Below are positions 37,895 to 50,469 of a DNA stretch of 64,000 bases, in pieces. Source of the DNA: Carcharhinus amblyrhynchos (taxonomy: Eukaryota); assembly GCA_965287045.1 (NCBI GenBank), contig OZ336881.1, forward strand, positions 46,252,001 to 46,316,000, read 5' to 3'. A program made the translations under genes and the position numbers. The notes beneath the pieces are model-generated. The model was not told the DNA's origin, ran no database searches, and saw nothing but the letters and a program-made list of their open reading frames with translations. Each line of letters opens with the position of its first letter. The first letter of the stretch is position 1.

Positions 37895-39436
37895 ATGAAA
37901 ATAGTGATGAGGGAGAATGTTCAAATTTTGAATAGGGTTCACAATGGCGACCCACCACCTCAGAAGAGTTTTTATAAATATATAAAAAGGAAGAGGCTGG
38001 CTAGGGTGAACGTTGGACCCTTAGAGGATGAGAGGGGGGACTTAGTGGTAGGGGATGGGGAAATGGCTGAGGCCTTGAATAACTTTTTTGTTTCGGTCTT
38101 CACGGAGGAGGACGTGAATAATTTGCTGGGTGTTAGCGATGGAAAGATGGTAGGACAGGAGGGTCTCAATGACATTATTGTTACTAGAGAGGCGGTGCTC
38201 GACAGACTGGAGGGACTGATTGTGGACAAGTCTCCAGGACCAGATGGAATGCATCCAAGGGTTCTGAAAGAAATGGCGGGGGTGATAGTGGATGCCTTGA
38301 TGGTTATTTTCCAAACGTCGCTGGATTCCAGGGAAGTGCCGGAAGATTGGAAAACGGCTAATGTTAAGCCATTGTTTAAGAAGGGTGGCAGGCAAAAGGC
38401 AGGGAATTATAGGCTGGTTAGTTTAACGTCTGTTGTAGGTAAAATGTTAGAATCCGTCATCAAAGAGGAAATAGCGAGGCATCTTGAGGGGAATTGCTTG
38501 ATAGAGCAGGCGCAGCACGGTTTCGTTAAGGGGAAGTCGTGTCTGACAAATTTATTGGAATTCTATGAGGATGTGTCTAGGGCGGTGGATAGAGGAGAGC
38601 CGGTGGATGTGGTCTGTCTTGATTTTCAGAAGGCGTTTGACAAGGTACCTCACAAGAGGTTATTGCAGAAGGTAAGGGGGCATGGAGTTGGAGGTAGGGT
38701 GTTAGCATGGATAGAGGATTGGCTGTCAAATAGGAGGCAGAGAGTGGGGGTCAATGGGTGCTATTCGGATTGGCGGTTGGTGACTAGTGGAGTGCCCCAG
38801 GGGTCGGTGCTGGGGCCTCAGCTATTTACCATTTATATAGATGATCTGGAGGAGGGAACCGAGTGTATGGTGTCGAAATTTGCTGATGACACCAAGATTG
38901 GTGGAATGGCAAATTGTGCGGAGGGTGTGGAGAGTCTGCAGAAGGATCTAGATGGGCTGGGCGAATGGGCCAGGAAATGGCAAATGGAATTTAATGTTGG
39001 CAAGTGCGAGGTGGTCCACTTTGGTAGGAAGGCCTATTACTTACGTGGCGAAAAACTGCAGCAGGTGATGGTGCAGAGGGAACTCGGGGTCCTTGTGCAT
39101 GAGTCGCAAAAACCCAGCCTGCAGGTGCAGCAGGTGGTCAGGAAGGCTAATGGGATGCTGGTCTTCATAGCGAGGGGGATTGAATATAAAAGTAGGGAGG
39201 TCTTGCTGCAGCTGTATAGGGCACTGGTGAGGCCGCAGCTGGAGTACTGTGTGCAGTTTTGGTTGCTGCACTTACGCAAGTATATTTTGGCCTTGGAGGG
39301 AGCGCAGAGGAGGTTTACGAGGCTGATGCCGGAGTTGAGGGGGTTGAGCTATGAGGAGAGGCTGAATAAACTAGGCTTGTACTCATTAGAGTTTAGAAGA
39401 ATGAGGGGAGATCTCATTGAGACATATAAGAGATGA
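37895..39436 (+). CDS. CR1 LINE ORF2 reverse transcriptase domain (5'-truncated, no endonuclease). The first ~23 codons are flanking DNA.
   Basis: 513-aa ORF containing KSPGPDGMHPRVLKE, NYR.VSLTSVVGKMLE, QHGF..GKSCLTNL, LDFQKAFDKVPH, SGVPQGSVLGP.LF..YIDD, KFADD and LVRPQLEYCVQFW. Ends by a frameshift after ETYK. Confidence 0.95.
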   Translation: MKIVMRENVQILNRVHNGDPPPQKSFYKYIKRKRLARVNVGPLEDERGDLVVGDGEMAEALNNFFVSVFTEEDVNNLLGVSDGKMVGQEGLNDIIVTREAVLDRLEGLIVDKSPGPDGMHPRVLKEMAGVIVDALMVIFQTSLDSREVPEDWKTANVKPLFKKGGRQKAGNYRLVSLTSVVGKMLESVIKEEIARHLEGNCLIEQAQHGFVKGKSCLTNLLEFYEDVSRAVDRGEPVDVVCLDFQKAFDKVPHKRLLQKVRGHGVGGRVLAWIEDWLSNRRQRVGVNGCYSDWRLVTSGVPQGSVLGPQLFTIYIDDLEEGTECMVSKFADDTKIGGMANCAEGVESLQKDLDGLGEWARKWQMEFNVGKCEVVHFGRKAYYLRGEKLQQVMVQRELGVLVHESQKPSLQVQQVVRKANGMLVFIARGIEYKSREVLLQLYRALVRPQLEYCVQFWLLHLRKYILALEGAQRRFTRLMPELRGLSYEERLNKLGLYSLEFRRMRGDLIETYKR

Positions 39437-39805
39437 ATGGGATGGATAGGATAGAGGTGGAGAGACTCTTCCCGCTCAGAAAGGACAGTAGGACTAGAGG
39501 GCACAGCCTCAAGATAAGGGGGGGGGGCAGTTTAGAATGGAGTTGAGGAGGAACTTCTTCACTCAAAGGGTGGTGAATCTCTGGAATTCTCTGCCCGTTG
39601 AAGTGGTGGAGGCTGCCTCGCTAAATATTTTTAAGACGCGGGTTGATGGGTTTTTGATAAGAGAGGGGATTAAGGGTTATGGGGAGAGGGCGGGAATGTG
39701 GAACTGAGCCACGACAGATCAGCCATGATCTTATTGAATGGCGGGGCAGGCTCGAAGGGCTAGATGGCCTACTCCTGCTCCTATTTCTTATGTCCTTATG
39801 TTCTA
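37963..39805 (+). mobile_element. Young 5'-truncated CR1 LINE with intact 3' UTR
   Basis: RT ORF, then FFTQRVVNLWNSLP and the 3' stem/tail gggctagatggcctactcctgctcctatttcttatgtccttatgttct. CpG-rich relative to its flanks. Confidence 0.96.
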
Positions 39806-40429
39806 AGATGGTCTTTCCAATCATCAAAACATCACACAAAAATGGCACAGGAAAGCGTTTCAAATTTGAAATTATTGCAAAAAAAATCCAAGATTTTTTC
39901 ACTCCTGAACTCATTTCCACCCCACAACCAGACAAAAATCCAGCCTTGATTTCCACTGCCAGTCCTGTTGGTTTGCAAGGTGAGTGTTGCATGCCTTTGC
40001 CAGGACGGGTTTACGGGTTTGCCTGGGCCGAGTGAAGATATGAATTTACTCACCAGGTGGACAAAGCCACTTCAAAAAAAAATGCACAGATTTGTAAGAT
40101 TTTGGGCCTCAATCCCCATCCAAACTCTCATGCGGGCCCCGCAACCTACAGTAACTATAATCTGTTGGTGTGTCCCTGCTGGTTAAACTCCTGCCCAGTC
40201 AGAGTCTCTGGCCCAACTCCACCCTTTTATATTGATGGTCTTCTTACAGATAAATGGAGTCTCTGAACCCACAAGGTAGTTCAGAATTGTCAGCCCAAGA
40301 TTAGGTTTTAGATTAACTTTTGGTCATTCTGGCATTACTGTGCCAAAGAGAGGGCAGAAGTCCACTAAAATGACACGTATTTTCGAACATTATCCCTGTT
40401 GTTAATATTAATAAGTTGTAAAGATGATT

Positions 40430-40860
40430 CTGTGAAGCAACTCTATCCTGTTTATATATTTCAGCTAACTTGTGCAAAGCTAATTCTTTGCTTTTGGTTC
40501 TGAGTTCTGCTCTTAAATATAGAAACATCCAGCTTGTGACAGGGCTGATAGGTATCACCTGTTGTCTCGCCTACCCACTGACTCAATCTCTATCCTTATC
40601 TGTTTTGTTCTATTTTGTTCATACTGTTGTTCCTTTGAATTTTTGTCCCTGTCCCTTCCAATATTCAAATGTATCATTCTATACACTCTTCCTCTTCCCT
40701 GTGATCACACCTTACTGAAATCAATTCTTCACACAATCCTTTGTTCCTGCTTCTTCTTTTCCAGGATTTTAATATTCTGGAAATCTTTACCTCCTCCAGT
40801 CTTTGTTTCCTCCTCCAATCTACAAACTTTCAAAACCTAAGCTTGGGATTATGTAGTCGT
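40430..40860 (+). mobile_element. Ancient CR1/L2-group LINE ORF2 C-terminus
   Basis: ORF 40562-40840 ends FFSRILIFWKSLPPPVFVSSSNLQTFKT, resembling the FFPRT..LWNSLP..VF....L..FK C-terminal motif. Confidence 0.55.
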
Positions 40861-40881
40861 GACTTTCTTTCCCATCTTTTT

Positions 40882-41168
40882 AAAAAGCTAGTTTATTTAT
40901 TAGTCACAAATAGGCTTACATTAACATTGAATGAAGTTACTGTGAAAATTCCCTAGTTGCCACACTTGGCATCTGCTTGGGTACACTGAGGGAGAATTTA
41001 GCATGGCCAATGCATCTAACCAGCACATCTTTCAGACTGTGGGAGGAAACCTATACAGACATGATGAGAATGTGCAGACTCTGCACAGACAGTGACCGAA
41101 GGCTGGAATTGAACCCGGGTCCCTGGCTCTGTCAGGCAACAGTGCTAACCACTGTGCCACCGTGCCAC
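40882..41168 (-). mobile_element. V-SINE (second tail type)
   Basis: Reverse head agtgctaaccactgtgccaccgtgcc, and tail tttattagtcacaaataggcttacattaacattgaatgaagttactgtg. Confidence 0.9.
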
Positions 41169-41249
41169 ACCTTCCAGTCATCCTTTACATTTACTTCTTG
41201 GGTAAATAATGAACATTTTTATTACCAAAGGGAAGTCTTTGGAGGTAAT

Positions 41250-42135
41250 TTTATCCACTGGGCAGTTGTTCTGCTGAACTCCAGCTGACTGATCCTAGTA
41301 ATTTTCCCACCCTGGATATCAATATCCTGCAGCAGGTTACCAGTGCAATATTGACAGAAAAGTAATTCCACGGTGGGTATCTTATGAGCTTTTTCCTTGT
41401 TATAAGCTTATAAGCTTCAGTTATTTTTGTTGTTAATATATCTTTCACCTTTACAAAATTACTTCTGATTATTTCAATCCATCCTTAAACTTTGTCATCA
41501 CAGCTAACATTTTGTGTTATCATTTGTCTTAAATCAACAAATGCATATATTTGTTCCAATGTGAATGCATCAACTTCAATCTTCACTTTAGTTTCTTCTG
41601 ATGTATTCCCTCCAACTACCATTGTTTTGTCTTAATACTCCATATTAAAAACATCTAGATTTTGTTTGATCTATAATATTTTGTAGGGTGTCTTCTGAGT
41701 CTGCAACTGGCACTGTGCTGTCAGCACACAGCAAGTTTATAATACTCTTGCCCCAATTTTTACCCTGGAAGTACACCTAACTTTCTGAGTATTTTGTCTG
41801 AATGCGAATTGAATAATATTGGTAATAGTGTATAGGCTCAACATATTCCTGTCTTCACTTGAAACATATCTAATTATCCATCTTCTAGTTTGATGCTCAA
41901 TTTTTGGTCCAAATATAGGCTCTAGGTAAATCCCTCATCATTGCTATCAATGTAACATTTCAATAATACATATATTGGCTTTGATGATGAACATAGAATG
42001 CTTCTTCATAGTACCTGGAGACTATGTAAACATTTTTGTTCATTTCAAGATATTTATCAAATGTCGTTCTGAAGTTAAATGTCTCTTCTCTTGTTCTTAC
42101 TCCAAGTCTAAATCCAGACCACTGGGCAAATCTCA
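41250..42135 (-). mobile_element. Degraded RTE-clade LINE reverse transcriptase
   Basis: Minus-strand translation across frameshifts: SGFRLGVRTREETFNFRTTFDKYLEMNKNVYIVSRYYEEAF, LYLDQKLSIK, FQVKTG..TLLPILFN, IINLLCADSTVPVADSEDTLQNIID, KTMVV..TLEQIYAF. These are collinear with the RTE motifs GFR..GTR.AIF, DY.KAFD and INNLRYADDTVLIA.SE..LQ. Confidence 0.8.
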
Positions 42136-45100
42136 TAATGGCTGCTAAATGCCCTGGCATTATGGTGGTGGAGGGTGTCCTATTGGCTGGCTGGGGGAGG
42201 GGTGCTTTTATTTACGTTGGGGATCAGACTACCCTTTCAGAACGGTGCCCAGACTTCGCGGTTCCTGGCTTTGCTGGTGTTTTTAGGCCCCACACCTCCA
42301 GTTGATGGTGTGAATCTCACTTCACCGTTTAAAATATCCAGAGTGTTGTTCAATATGGTGAGAAAAGTCAGCTATGAAGCCTGCGAGCTTCACACCGGTT
42401 TTCTCGCCCACGCCAACACACTGCAGTGTTTCACTAATCTCTGTTTCAACAGTATAGATGGCATAACATTCCTCTTGAAGAATGAAATGGCCCCACACAC
42501 TTGCTGTATCTACAATGATGGCTGTTAGCTCAAGCATCTGTTAGGAAGATAATTTCAAGCTGTTGTCATAATATTGATTTTCTTTTGCACCATATCATTT
42601 CAAGTGTGCAATAGTCGGTGTGAAAAATATTCAAGTAAGGAGGATCATAATTCTTCCTCTAACAGCTCAGATTAGTTCTCAAGAGTGGTTTCTCTTTTTG
42701 TTTTTGCAGAGCTGACAGCATAAACTGAACTCTGTAGCCTTTTGAGATGTAGGTGAGCTGCATCCTGACCTAGATGTAGTGGACTCAATATTCAACTTCG
42801 GTGAGGGTACAATATAGGGGGGAGCATAGCAAGCAGATGAAAAAAGAGAGGAGAATTGGGCATCGTGCACCCTAGGCAGGCAATCCACCACAACCTGTTT
42901 TTCACTCCTGCTGTATTTAAGCTGTGAATTTTTATTATACTTTCTCGTTTCTCATGCATTTTGGCCGCTGCCACATTGCAGCACTCCCCAACAGAAGAAC
43001 TTCCACTTATGAGAACTCTTATCCCTATTGACAGCAACACTGTGATTGTGAATTTACTTTATTAGAATCCCCTGTATTTGAGGGAAGCTATGAGCCCATA
43101 TGCTACTCGGTGCTCAGTGTCAAAGTGACATTGTTCTGAGCCACAACATCATTTCAAGTACGTGCCTGTCCACTTTCAAATGTGGGCACAAGAACCAAAC
43201 CATTTCATCTCTGTTCCTTCAAGCGTGTTTAGATTTATATGATTTCAGAAAAGATTAAATGCAGTGAATTTAGTTGTGATTGATTTTTTTTGTCATGAGG
43301 AGCAAAATAAAAATCACAGTTATGCATCTTCGTGAGAAACACTTGACTAATATTGTGCAAAAACGAAGTACCAGTTTTTACATATTGATTTTGACTATTT
43401 CTATCTAGGTTAATGCATTTGTGCATTCTGACATTACTTAATAAAGGCATAGCAGAAGAGAACATATTATAACCATGAGGAGAAGACAGCTTTCTTCTTA
43501 TGAAGGGCTATGGCAGCTGTTCATTTTCTGCCTGAATGACTTTAAGGAAAGGCAGTTACCTTGCAAATGATGGATGTTATATGATGCTGCCGTGTCTCCT
43601 GAATCTCATAAGGTTTCTTTGCGCCCTGACAGTAAAAGCTTCACTGTCTGACCAAATATGCTCATTATGTATCAGCGAATTGATTATTAATCATGTTTTT
43701 ATAGCAGCTCATGTCACAAGAGCAGTCAACCTTGAGTGTTGAGCTGCACGGGTAGAACTGTGTGAAACCTCTAATGGCACATCACAGAAAATCTGTCTAT
43801 TGACCAAATCTAACTACAAGATAAAAATAACTATGTCAGCAGTAGTTTCTACAGTTTAAGCCCCTTTAGACAAATTTTGTGAAGGTTAAGTAAACAGGAG
43901 GTGCCACCGTTTTTTTTCTATATTGTACCTTGTAGGAGAAAATTACAGAATTATTATGGGAAATCATTCATGCCATGTATTCAACTAATGATGAAATAAT
44001 TGCTATTGATATCACTAATGCATTATTTCTTAACTAGTAGCTATTACCTGATATTTTATAGAATCATAATTATGCCATCTTAAATGAAATTTCAGTGTGT
44101 GCATAATTTAACTATTATTTGAAGCAATTTGATGATTAGAAATATACTCTGGTTAATGAAACAGAAGAACAAATGACCATTATCACAAATCGAGATGCCG
44201 AGACATAACATTATGTACTGATATTACCACAGTTTGTAATTGGGATGATGTTCCTCTTTTCAATGAGAAGTGAGAGGACGCCCAGATTTTTTTCTGCAAT
44301 TAATGACCTGGTAAATACATTTAATTCTCTGGAATGATACTTTCTATTAGCAGTACATTCCATTGTTACATCTTTTAATTACAGAGAAAAACATGTTCAC
44401 TCTTGTTTTTCATTTAAAGGTATCCTACCTCTGCTACTGGTCAGTGGTAACCCCGACTTATAGGTGGCGGGCTGATTATTGACCAAAATCTGAAGTCAAC
44501 ACTTTAGGATATTTAAACATTGAGCAGATTGCGTATATAAATACATTTGCATTAAAAAGATATGCAAATATGTATGTGTAGTAGAAAATGCACACCTGCA
44601 TTGTCTAATAAGTAATAGTCACTCCACTATAAAGAATAGCTTAATTGTGTAAGGACAATGTAAGTTTTGGCAATGTAATAAGCTACCATGTATTAACATG
44701 TGTGCCTGCCTCTCTACATTCATAAATATGTATGTATGTTATATATATATATGTGTGCTTGTGTGTATGTAGTACATGAAATACACAATCTGTAGTAAGG
44801 GCCATTAACATTGCTATCTTATTTGTAAAGAGGGTTTGCAACACCGTTCTTCGATACATATACAACGCTTGTTTTCCAGAAAGCAAACAGCAGATGTTTT
44901 GCACAAAGCTGAAGTGATTATTTTCCTTTCAACTAGAAATGTCATATGAATGTTTTAGCATGCACTGAGTTAGAGAAGGGTCTGTGATACAGAAGTTTTG
45001 TAGTGTGTTTCACTGGAGGGCATGGCACTGGGCCCATTGGCGAGAGCGTGATAAATAGCTGCAGTGTGCTGCAGTTCAGAGGCTATTTAGTGGCAGAAAG

Positions 45101-45644
45101 GATGACATGAAAGGGATTCAACAGAACAGAGTTTAAAAAAACCAACCGGACAGACCCTATCTGTGTCATTCTTGCATCAGTAACGCTGTGGCCTGATTAC
45201 AGTCTGAAGCTCTGCCACTGGGATACAGCAGGCTGCTTATCAGAAACGTGGAGGTGCACCTGCTCCAATTTTCCATCCACTAATTTCAATGGATGGAAAA
45301 CTGGAGGCAGTACACTGATGAAACGGCCTGTTGCATTCATGTCTCCTCCTCCAATGCCCTTGGTGACAGCACATCTCATAAATTTTGCCTTCAAAATATA
45401 CTTGAGAATAAAGTAGTCAGTCATAGAATTGGAAACTTCATCATTTTTAGTCTCTTTTCCCATTACTTATTGATCATCAGGTTTCTGGGGATTCTTCCAA
45501 AAGAGTAATGTTGAGAAACTTGGCTAGATTCCTCCTGGCTTATATAATAACCAAGTCATAAATTCCTATCAGCAATCCAAGGGAGTGAGGACTTATAAAC
45601 AGTGATTAAATTCATGTTTTGTAATGATACAATCATTGAAAAAA

Positions 45645-45968
45645 TGGCATGGTGGCACAGCACGAGGGACCAGGTTCAATTCCAGCCTACGGTAACTGTG
45701 GAGGTTACATGTTCTCCTCGTGTTTGTGTGGGTTTCCTCTGGCTACTCTGGTTTCCTTGCACAGTCCCAACATGTGCAAGTTAGGTTGATTGGCCACGCT
45801 AAATTGCACATTAGTGTTCCAAGATTTGGATGTTAGGTGTAGTAGTGAGGTAAATAATAAGGTCACAGGGATAGAGGAACCTGAGTGGGATCTTCTGTTG
45901 GAGAGTCAGTAAGACTCAATGGGCCGAATGGCCTCCTTCTGCACTGTAGGAATTCTATAATTCTATGA
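45645..45968 (+). mobile_element. HE1 SINE with head deletion, CR1-type tail
   Basis: ggcatggtggcacag...gtgtgggtttcctc...atgggccgaatggcctccttctgcactgtaggaattctataattctatg. Confidence 0.88.
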
Positions 45969-46819
45969 ACCTCATGGTAAATCAAAGTCTGAAGATGAAT
46001 TTCATAGAGACTCATTCACAAAGAAGATGTTATTATTACAAGGTATTTTAAGATGATTTATAATGTGCATCATTGGAAAAAGGATGAGTACAGCACTAAT
46101 CTGGAATTTTTCATTTTCTCATAAAATGTAAGGCAAAAAACCTCTGAGATCAATGCCACTGACTGTTGTTCACAGCTGATAGCTTAAGCAAATTGAAGGT
46201 GTGTGGTGTACTGGCATTTTGGACTGTGTGTTGCCTTAAAAGGGACAATCACCAAAGGCTGTAACTGTCAAACTCCATGTCAGTGGATCTTGGGGGTACC
46301 ACAAAAATGTGCTGGGGACCAATAACTGAGAAACCTACTTCCTACCTGGCTTGATAGTGGCTGGACTTTTAAACTTATGACATCTAGTGCTGTAACTATG
46401 GGGGTGTGGCCTCCTTGCATCCGACTCTGAAACCCTCGATAGAAGGCGTCAGGAGCACGTTGCCTTGCACTCAAAAGGTTGGGTGAGAAAAGAGCAAGAA
46501 GATTTTTAGGTTAAAAATAAATTGGAGCAAAGGGAGTAATCCGACTCTGATTCTCACTCTGCACAAATTCAGGATGATGATCTCTGACAAGCTACCTGCT
46601 GCATGCAAAGCCCTAGTGGACCCCCAGAAATGTTTGCGTATGAGGGCCAGTAAACCTGAGCCTTAATCTCTATTTTGTGGTCGATTGGTTGATCCCAATT
46701 GATAAAAACGCTATAGATGGTACAATGAACCTCAGTAACCCTCTTGTGGAGGGAGGAATAACCAGGGAGAATTTTCATTCCTGAAAAGCATTTTGCACTG
46801 TATCTACAAATGCCTGCTG

Positions 46820-47210
46820 TAAGAACATAAGCAATATGGACAGTAAACCATATTACACCTCCAGCCAGCTCTGTTATTCAAAATGCTGGCTGATTTGCAG
46901 CCTCAACTTCACTTTCCAGTTTGCTTCCCAAATGTCTTGATGCCGTAAAAGACCAAAGATCTGTTCACCTTAGACTTAAATGTATTCAACGATGGAGCAT
47001 CCACAACCCCCTGGGATAGCAAACTCCGATGATTCACAGCCCTCCACTCCAAGTTCACTATTTTCTTCTCATCTCAATTCTAAACGATTGGGCCTTTATC
47101 CTGAGACTGTGCCCTTTGTTTCAGATTCCTCAGCCAGGATAAACAGCCCCTCAGTGCCTTCCCTGTCAAGTCCCTTCGGAATCTTGTCTGTGGAACCATC
47201 CTCCAATGAA
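46820..47210 (-). mobile_element. Degraded CR1 3' end
   Basis: aagaacataag tail, then gcatccacaaccccctgggatagcaaactcc...ctgagactgtgcccttt. Confidence 0.75.
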
Positions 47211-47399
47211 TAAAGGGTCCCTTCAGAAGAGAAGGAAGCAAATTAGAGGCAGGGGTTGAGGGAAAAATAAAAATCACAGGAGGAAAGAAGCATTTCAGAA
47301 TTCATGCTGTGACATATTCAGAACAAATTTTCCTGTCAGGCAGCATGATAACATTTTCAAAGCAGCCATTTCCAGAACTGCTGCCAAAGAACAAAATGA

Positions 47400-47885
47400 A
47401 GAACGAAGAAAAATACAACACAGGAACAGGTCCTTTGGCCCTCCAAGCCTGTGTCAATCATGATGCCTCAAAAAAATGCCTCCTGCCCTTACTCGGTCCA
47501 TATCTCTCTATTCCTTCCTTATTTATGTACCCATCCTAATGCCTCTTAAATGTTGCTAATGTGTCTGCTTCTGCCACCTCCTCTGGCAGCGCGTTCCAGG
47601 CATTCATTCCATTCCCCTGTCTTGTACCCCTGCCAATTGTTCTATTCAAGTAATCCTCTAATGGCCACTTGAATGCCTTGATTGAACCTGCCTCCGCCAC
47701 ACTTCAGGCAATGCAATCCAGACCCAAACAACTCCTTGTGCAAAAAAAATTCTCATATCACATTTATTTAATTTGCAGATCACCTTAGATTCTCTAATTC
47801 ATGATCCTTTTATGAGGTGAAACAATTTCTCCCTATCTATTCTGACCAGCCCCCTCATGATTTTGAATATGTCTATCAAATTTCT
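47400..47885 (-). mobile_element. Two adjacent CR1 3' fragments
   Basis: aagaaaaatacaacacaggaacaggtcctttggccctcc tail. Two copies of the ccacctcctctggcagcgcgttccagg / ccacacttcaggcaatgcaatccagac segment. Confidence 0.75.
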
Positions 47886-48254
47886 TACCACTCACGTCTC
47901 TCTCACCACTCATGCCCTCCCCCACCTACTTTTCAGCAGGATCCTGACCTAGAGGCATTTAGTCATAATTCCACAGATGGTAGCTTTTCTTCATTGGCTC
48001 CTCAGCCGTGCCATGTTACTTACTCCCTGGCTCAGGTGTTTCTGTGCTCTAATGGATGGTTGGGCTCTCAACTAAACCTCACTGTGTATTGTTGGCTGAG
48101 AGACTAGAAATCCATTCAAGTACTGGGACAACTGTGTCCCACATTTAGCATTGCTTGATTAACAACTCTGCCTCGCTTTTCGTTTCTGTCAATTAAACAT
48201 TGTTTATTGATACAAGGTAAAGAGTTTTCAAGTGCCTGCAGTTTTAGTTACTGA

Positions 48255-49085
48255 TCCTTTAAAGCATGGGTCACGATCCGGGTGGGTCATGAGATGTTGG
48301 AATGTGTCGTCAAAAATGATCCCCACAGATTACCTGACCTTTCTTTTATGTATTCTCACTACAGTACAGTGTATGACCACATGAGGCTAGGTGAAACAGG
48401 TCAGTCCACCCTGCCTCTGTATACTAGGGGCCAAGAGTCCTGTATGCACATGGCACCAATTTTCTTTCCCTTTCTAGTCAGCTGGTTGTAGGCATGCTTA
48501 TTTTGCTGAATGAAAGAGAGGATCAGAGACACCAATAAACCTAATGGTCAGGATCTTGCATCTAAATCAGTTGGAAAGAGCACCAACTCCTCTGCCAAGT
48601 CCACGACAGGACAGAGCAGTATTTATGTTAGCTATGAACAGAGCACCAAGGCCTCCAGTGAACAGTCTACAAAGAAAAAGCTAAAATTGGGAACAAAGCA
48701 GTATAAAAATAATTTTTTAAAGTATGGTTTTGTTAATTGTGCCAATGCAAATCAGGACACAAAGTCCACATGGGTTACAGGGGAGGAATACAGGCAAAGG
48801 AGAGTTTAAAACTGCAAAAACATCTGAAGACTAAGCATGGCAATCTCGAGAACAAACCTTTCAATTTCTCTGAAAGGATGCAGCAAGATCATCAGCTGAG
48901 GTTCTTAGCAAAAATTTACCATTGGATGACAAAACACAATTAACCTTTTACATGGTAGCTTACCCTTTTGCTAAAGAGAAAATGCCCCACACTGTTGCAG
49001 CACTATTAATTTTTCCTGCAGCGTTAGACATAGTTTACACCATCTTCGATGAGAAGTCAGCTGATATATTGAAATGCCTATTCCC
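48255..49085 (+). mobile_element. hAT-Charlie/Buster (ZBED5-like) transposase relic, 5' part
   Basis: Consecutive frames give KQYKNNFLKYGF, ESLKLQKHLKTKHGNLENKPFNF, and YMVAYPFAKEKMPHTVAALLIFPAALDIV. These match Buster motifs YLKYGF, KL.RHL.TKH...DKP..FF and SY.VA..IAK.KKPHTI.E.LI.PA. Confidence 0.9.
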
Positions 49086-49885
49086 AGGTTGGGAGTACAG
49101 GCTACAGGCTTACATCCTGATCCAGTTGCACTCTTAAAAGGCACCCTGAAAATCACAAACCCTGGGAATGGGGCCAAGAATGCCAGAATCGGGTCCCAAC
49201 CACCATTTTCACCCTTCCACAGAATTTGCCTGACTCCATAATCTAGCCCATGAATCTTGTATTTGACTAATTTTGTATAAAAAGATTCAATTTCTGTTTT
49301 ATGTTTTTACATATAGTCAGCTTGCAACCAGGAAAAGTATTAACTGTCAACTTCTTGTCTCGTGATTGCTTTGTTTAAAAATTATGCTCTTCAAGATGAA
49401 GGAGGTCTGCACTGGATAATTAATAAAAACCACTTTCCTCACTTCTGGTCCATTTTACCATCAGGGAAATATAGTATCGGCCGGAGTCAGTGTAAAGTTC
49501 CATTTATTTTGCCAAAACAATCCAATTAAGTATCAATGTGGCACATTTGATTCCCACACAAGCTGTCTTTATGGTTGCCCTGTGTTGGATTGTCAGTTTA
49601 GCTCCCATTAGTGCCATGTTATGGCCAATTTAATTCCACAGCTGCATGCTCATTTAAAAACTGGGTTGAGACAGCCTGAATTCACCATAGACCCTATAAA
49701 GAGAGAAACATTTTATTCCAGGAAAGTGTTAGTTTGTAAGGCAAATTGCAATGATGAAAGTTGCACCCAGTCCCCAATAATCTTTACTTTTCAACCTTTT
49801 TATTATTGAGTCTTCTGTCATCTTCTGCCATGGCAAGTGAAATGCATTTACCTATTTTAGTATACTAAAAGTCTTGTATCAACCT

Positions 49886-50157
49886 CCTAGGACTGAAGTG
49901 GGGAGAGATTTCTTCACCCAGAGAATGGTGAATCTGTGGAATTCATTACCACAGAAAGTAGTTGAGGCCAAAACATTGTGCGATTTCAGGAAGAAATTAG
50001 ATATAGCCCTTGGGGCTAAAGGAGATCAAGGGATATGGGGGGAAGATGGAATCAGAATTTTGAATTTAATGATCAGCCATGATCAAAATGAACAGCAGAG
50101 CAGGCTTGAAGGGCTGAATGGCCTACTCTTGCTTGTAGTTTTCATGTTTCTATGTAA
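49886..50157 (+). mobile_element. CR1 3' end
   Basis: RTEVGRDFFTQRMVNLWNSLPQKVVEA, and tail gggctgaatggcctactcttgc...atgtttctatgt. Confidence 0.92.
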
Positions 50158-50199
50158 CTGCGCAATTCCTATAGTGCAGTACTTATTTCTATGACTGCT

Positions 50200-50469
50200 A
50201 CCATCTCATAGGTCAAGGAGGCAGATGCATGGGAACATCACCACCTGGAAGTTTGTCTCCAAACCACACGCCATCCTGACTTTGAAATATATCACTGTTC
50301 CTTCCATGTTGCTGCGTCAAAATCCTGAAACTCCCTCCCTAACAGCACTGTGTGTGTACCTACTGCAATAGTTCAAGAATGTAACTCACCACCACCTTCT
50401 CAAGGGCAATTAGGAGTGGGCAATAAATGCTGGCCTTGCCACTGATGCCCATGAATGAATAAATAAAAA
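50200..50469 (+). mobile_element. L2-type LINE 3' end
   Basis: gcagatgcatgggaacatcaccacctggaagtt...ccaccttctcaagggcaattaggagtgggcaataaatgctggcc...atgaatgaataaataaaaa. Confidence 0.85.

Noticed and set aside
41318-41362. cagtgcaatattga resembling miR-130/301 with a weak hairpin
   Set aside because: Only the 5' part matches, the hairpin is poor, and it lies inside the RTE fossil.
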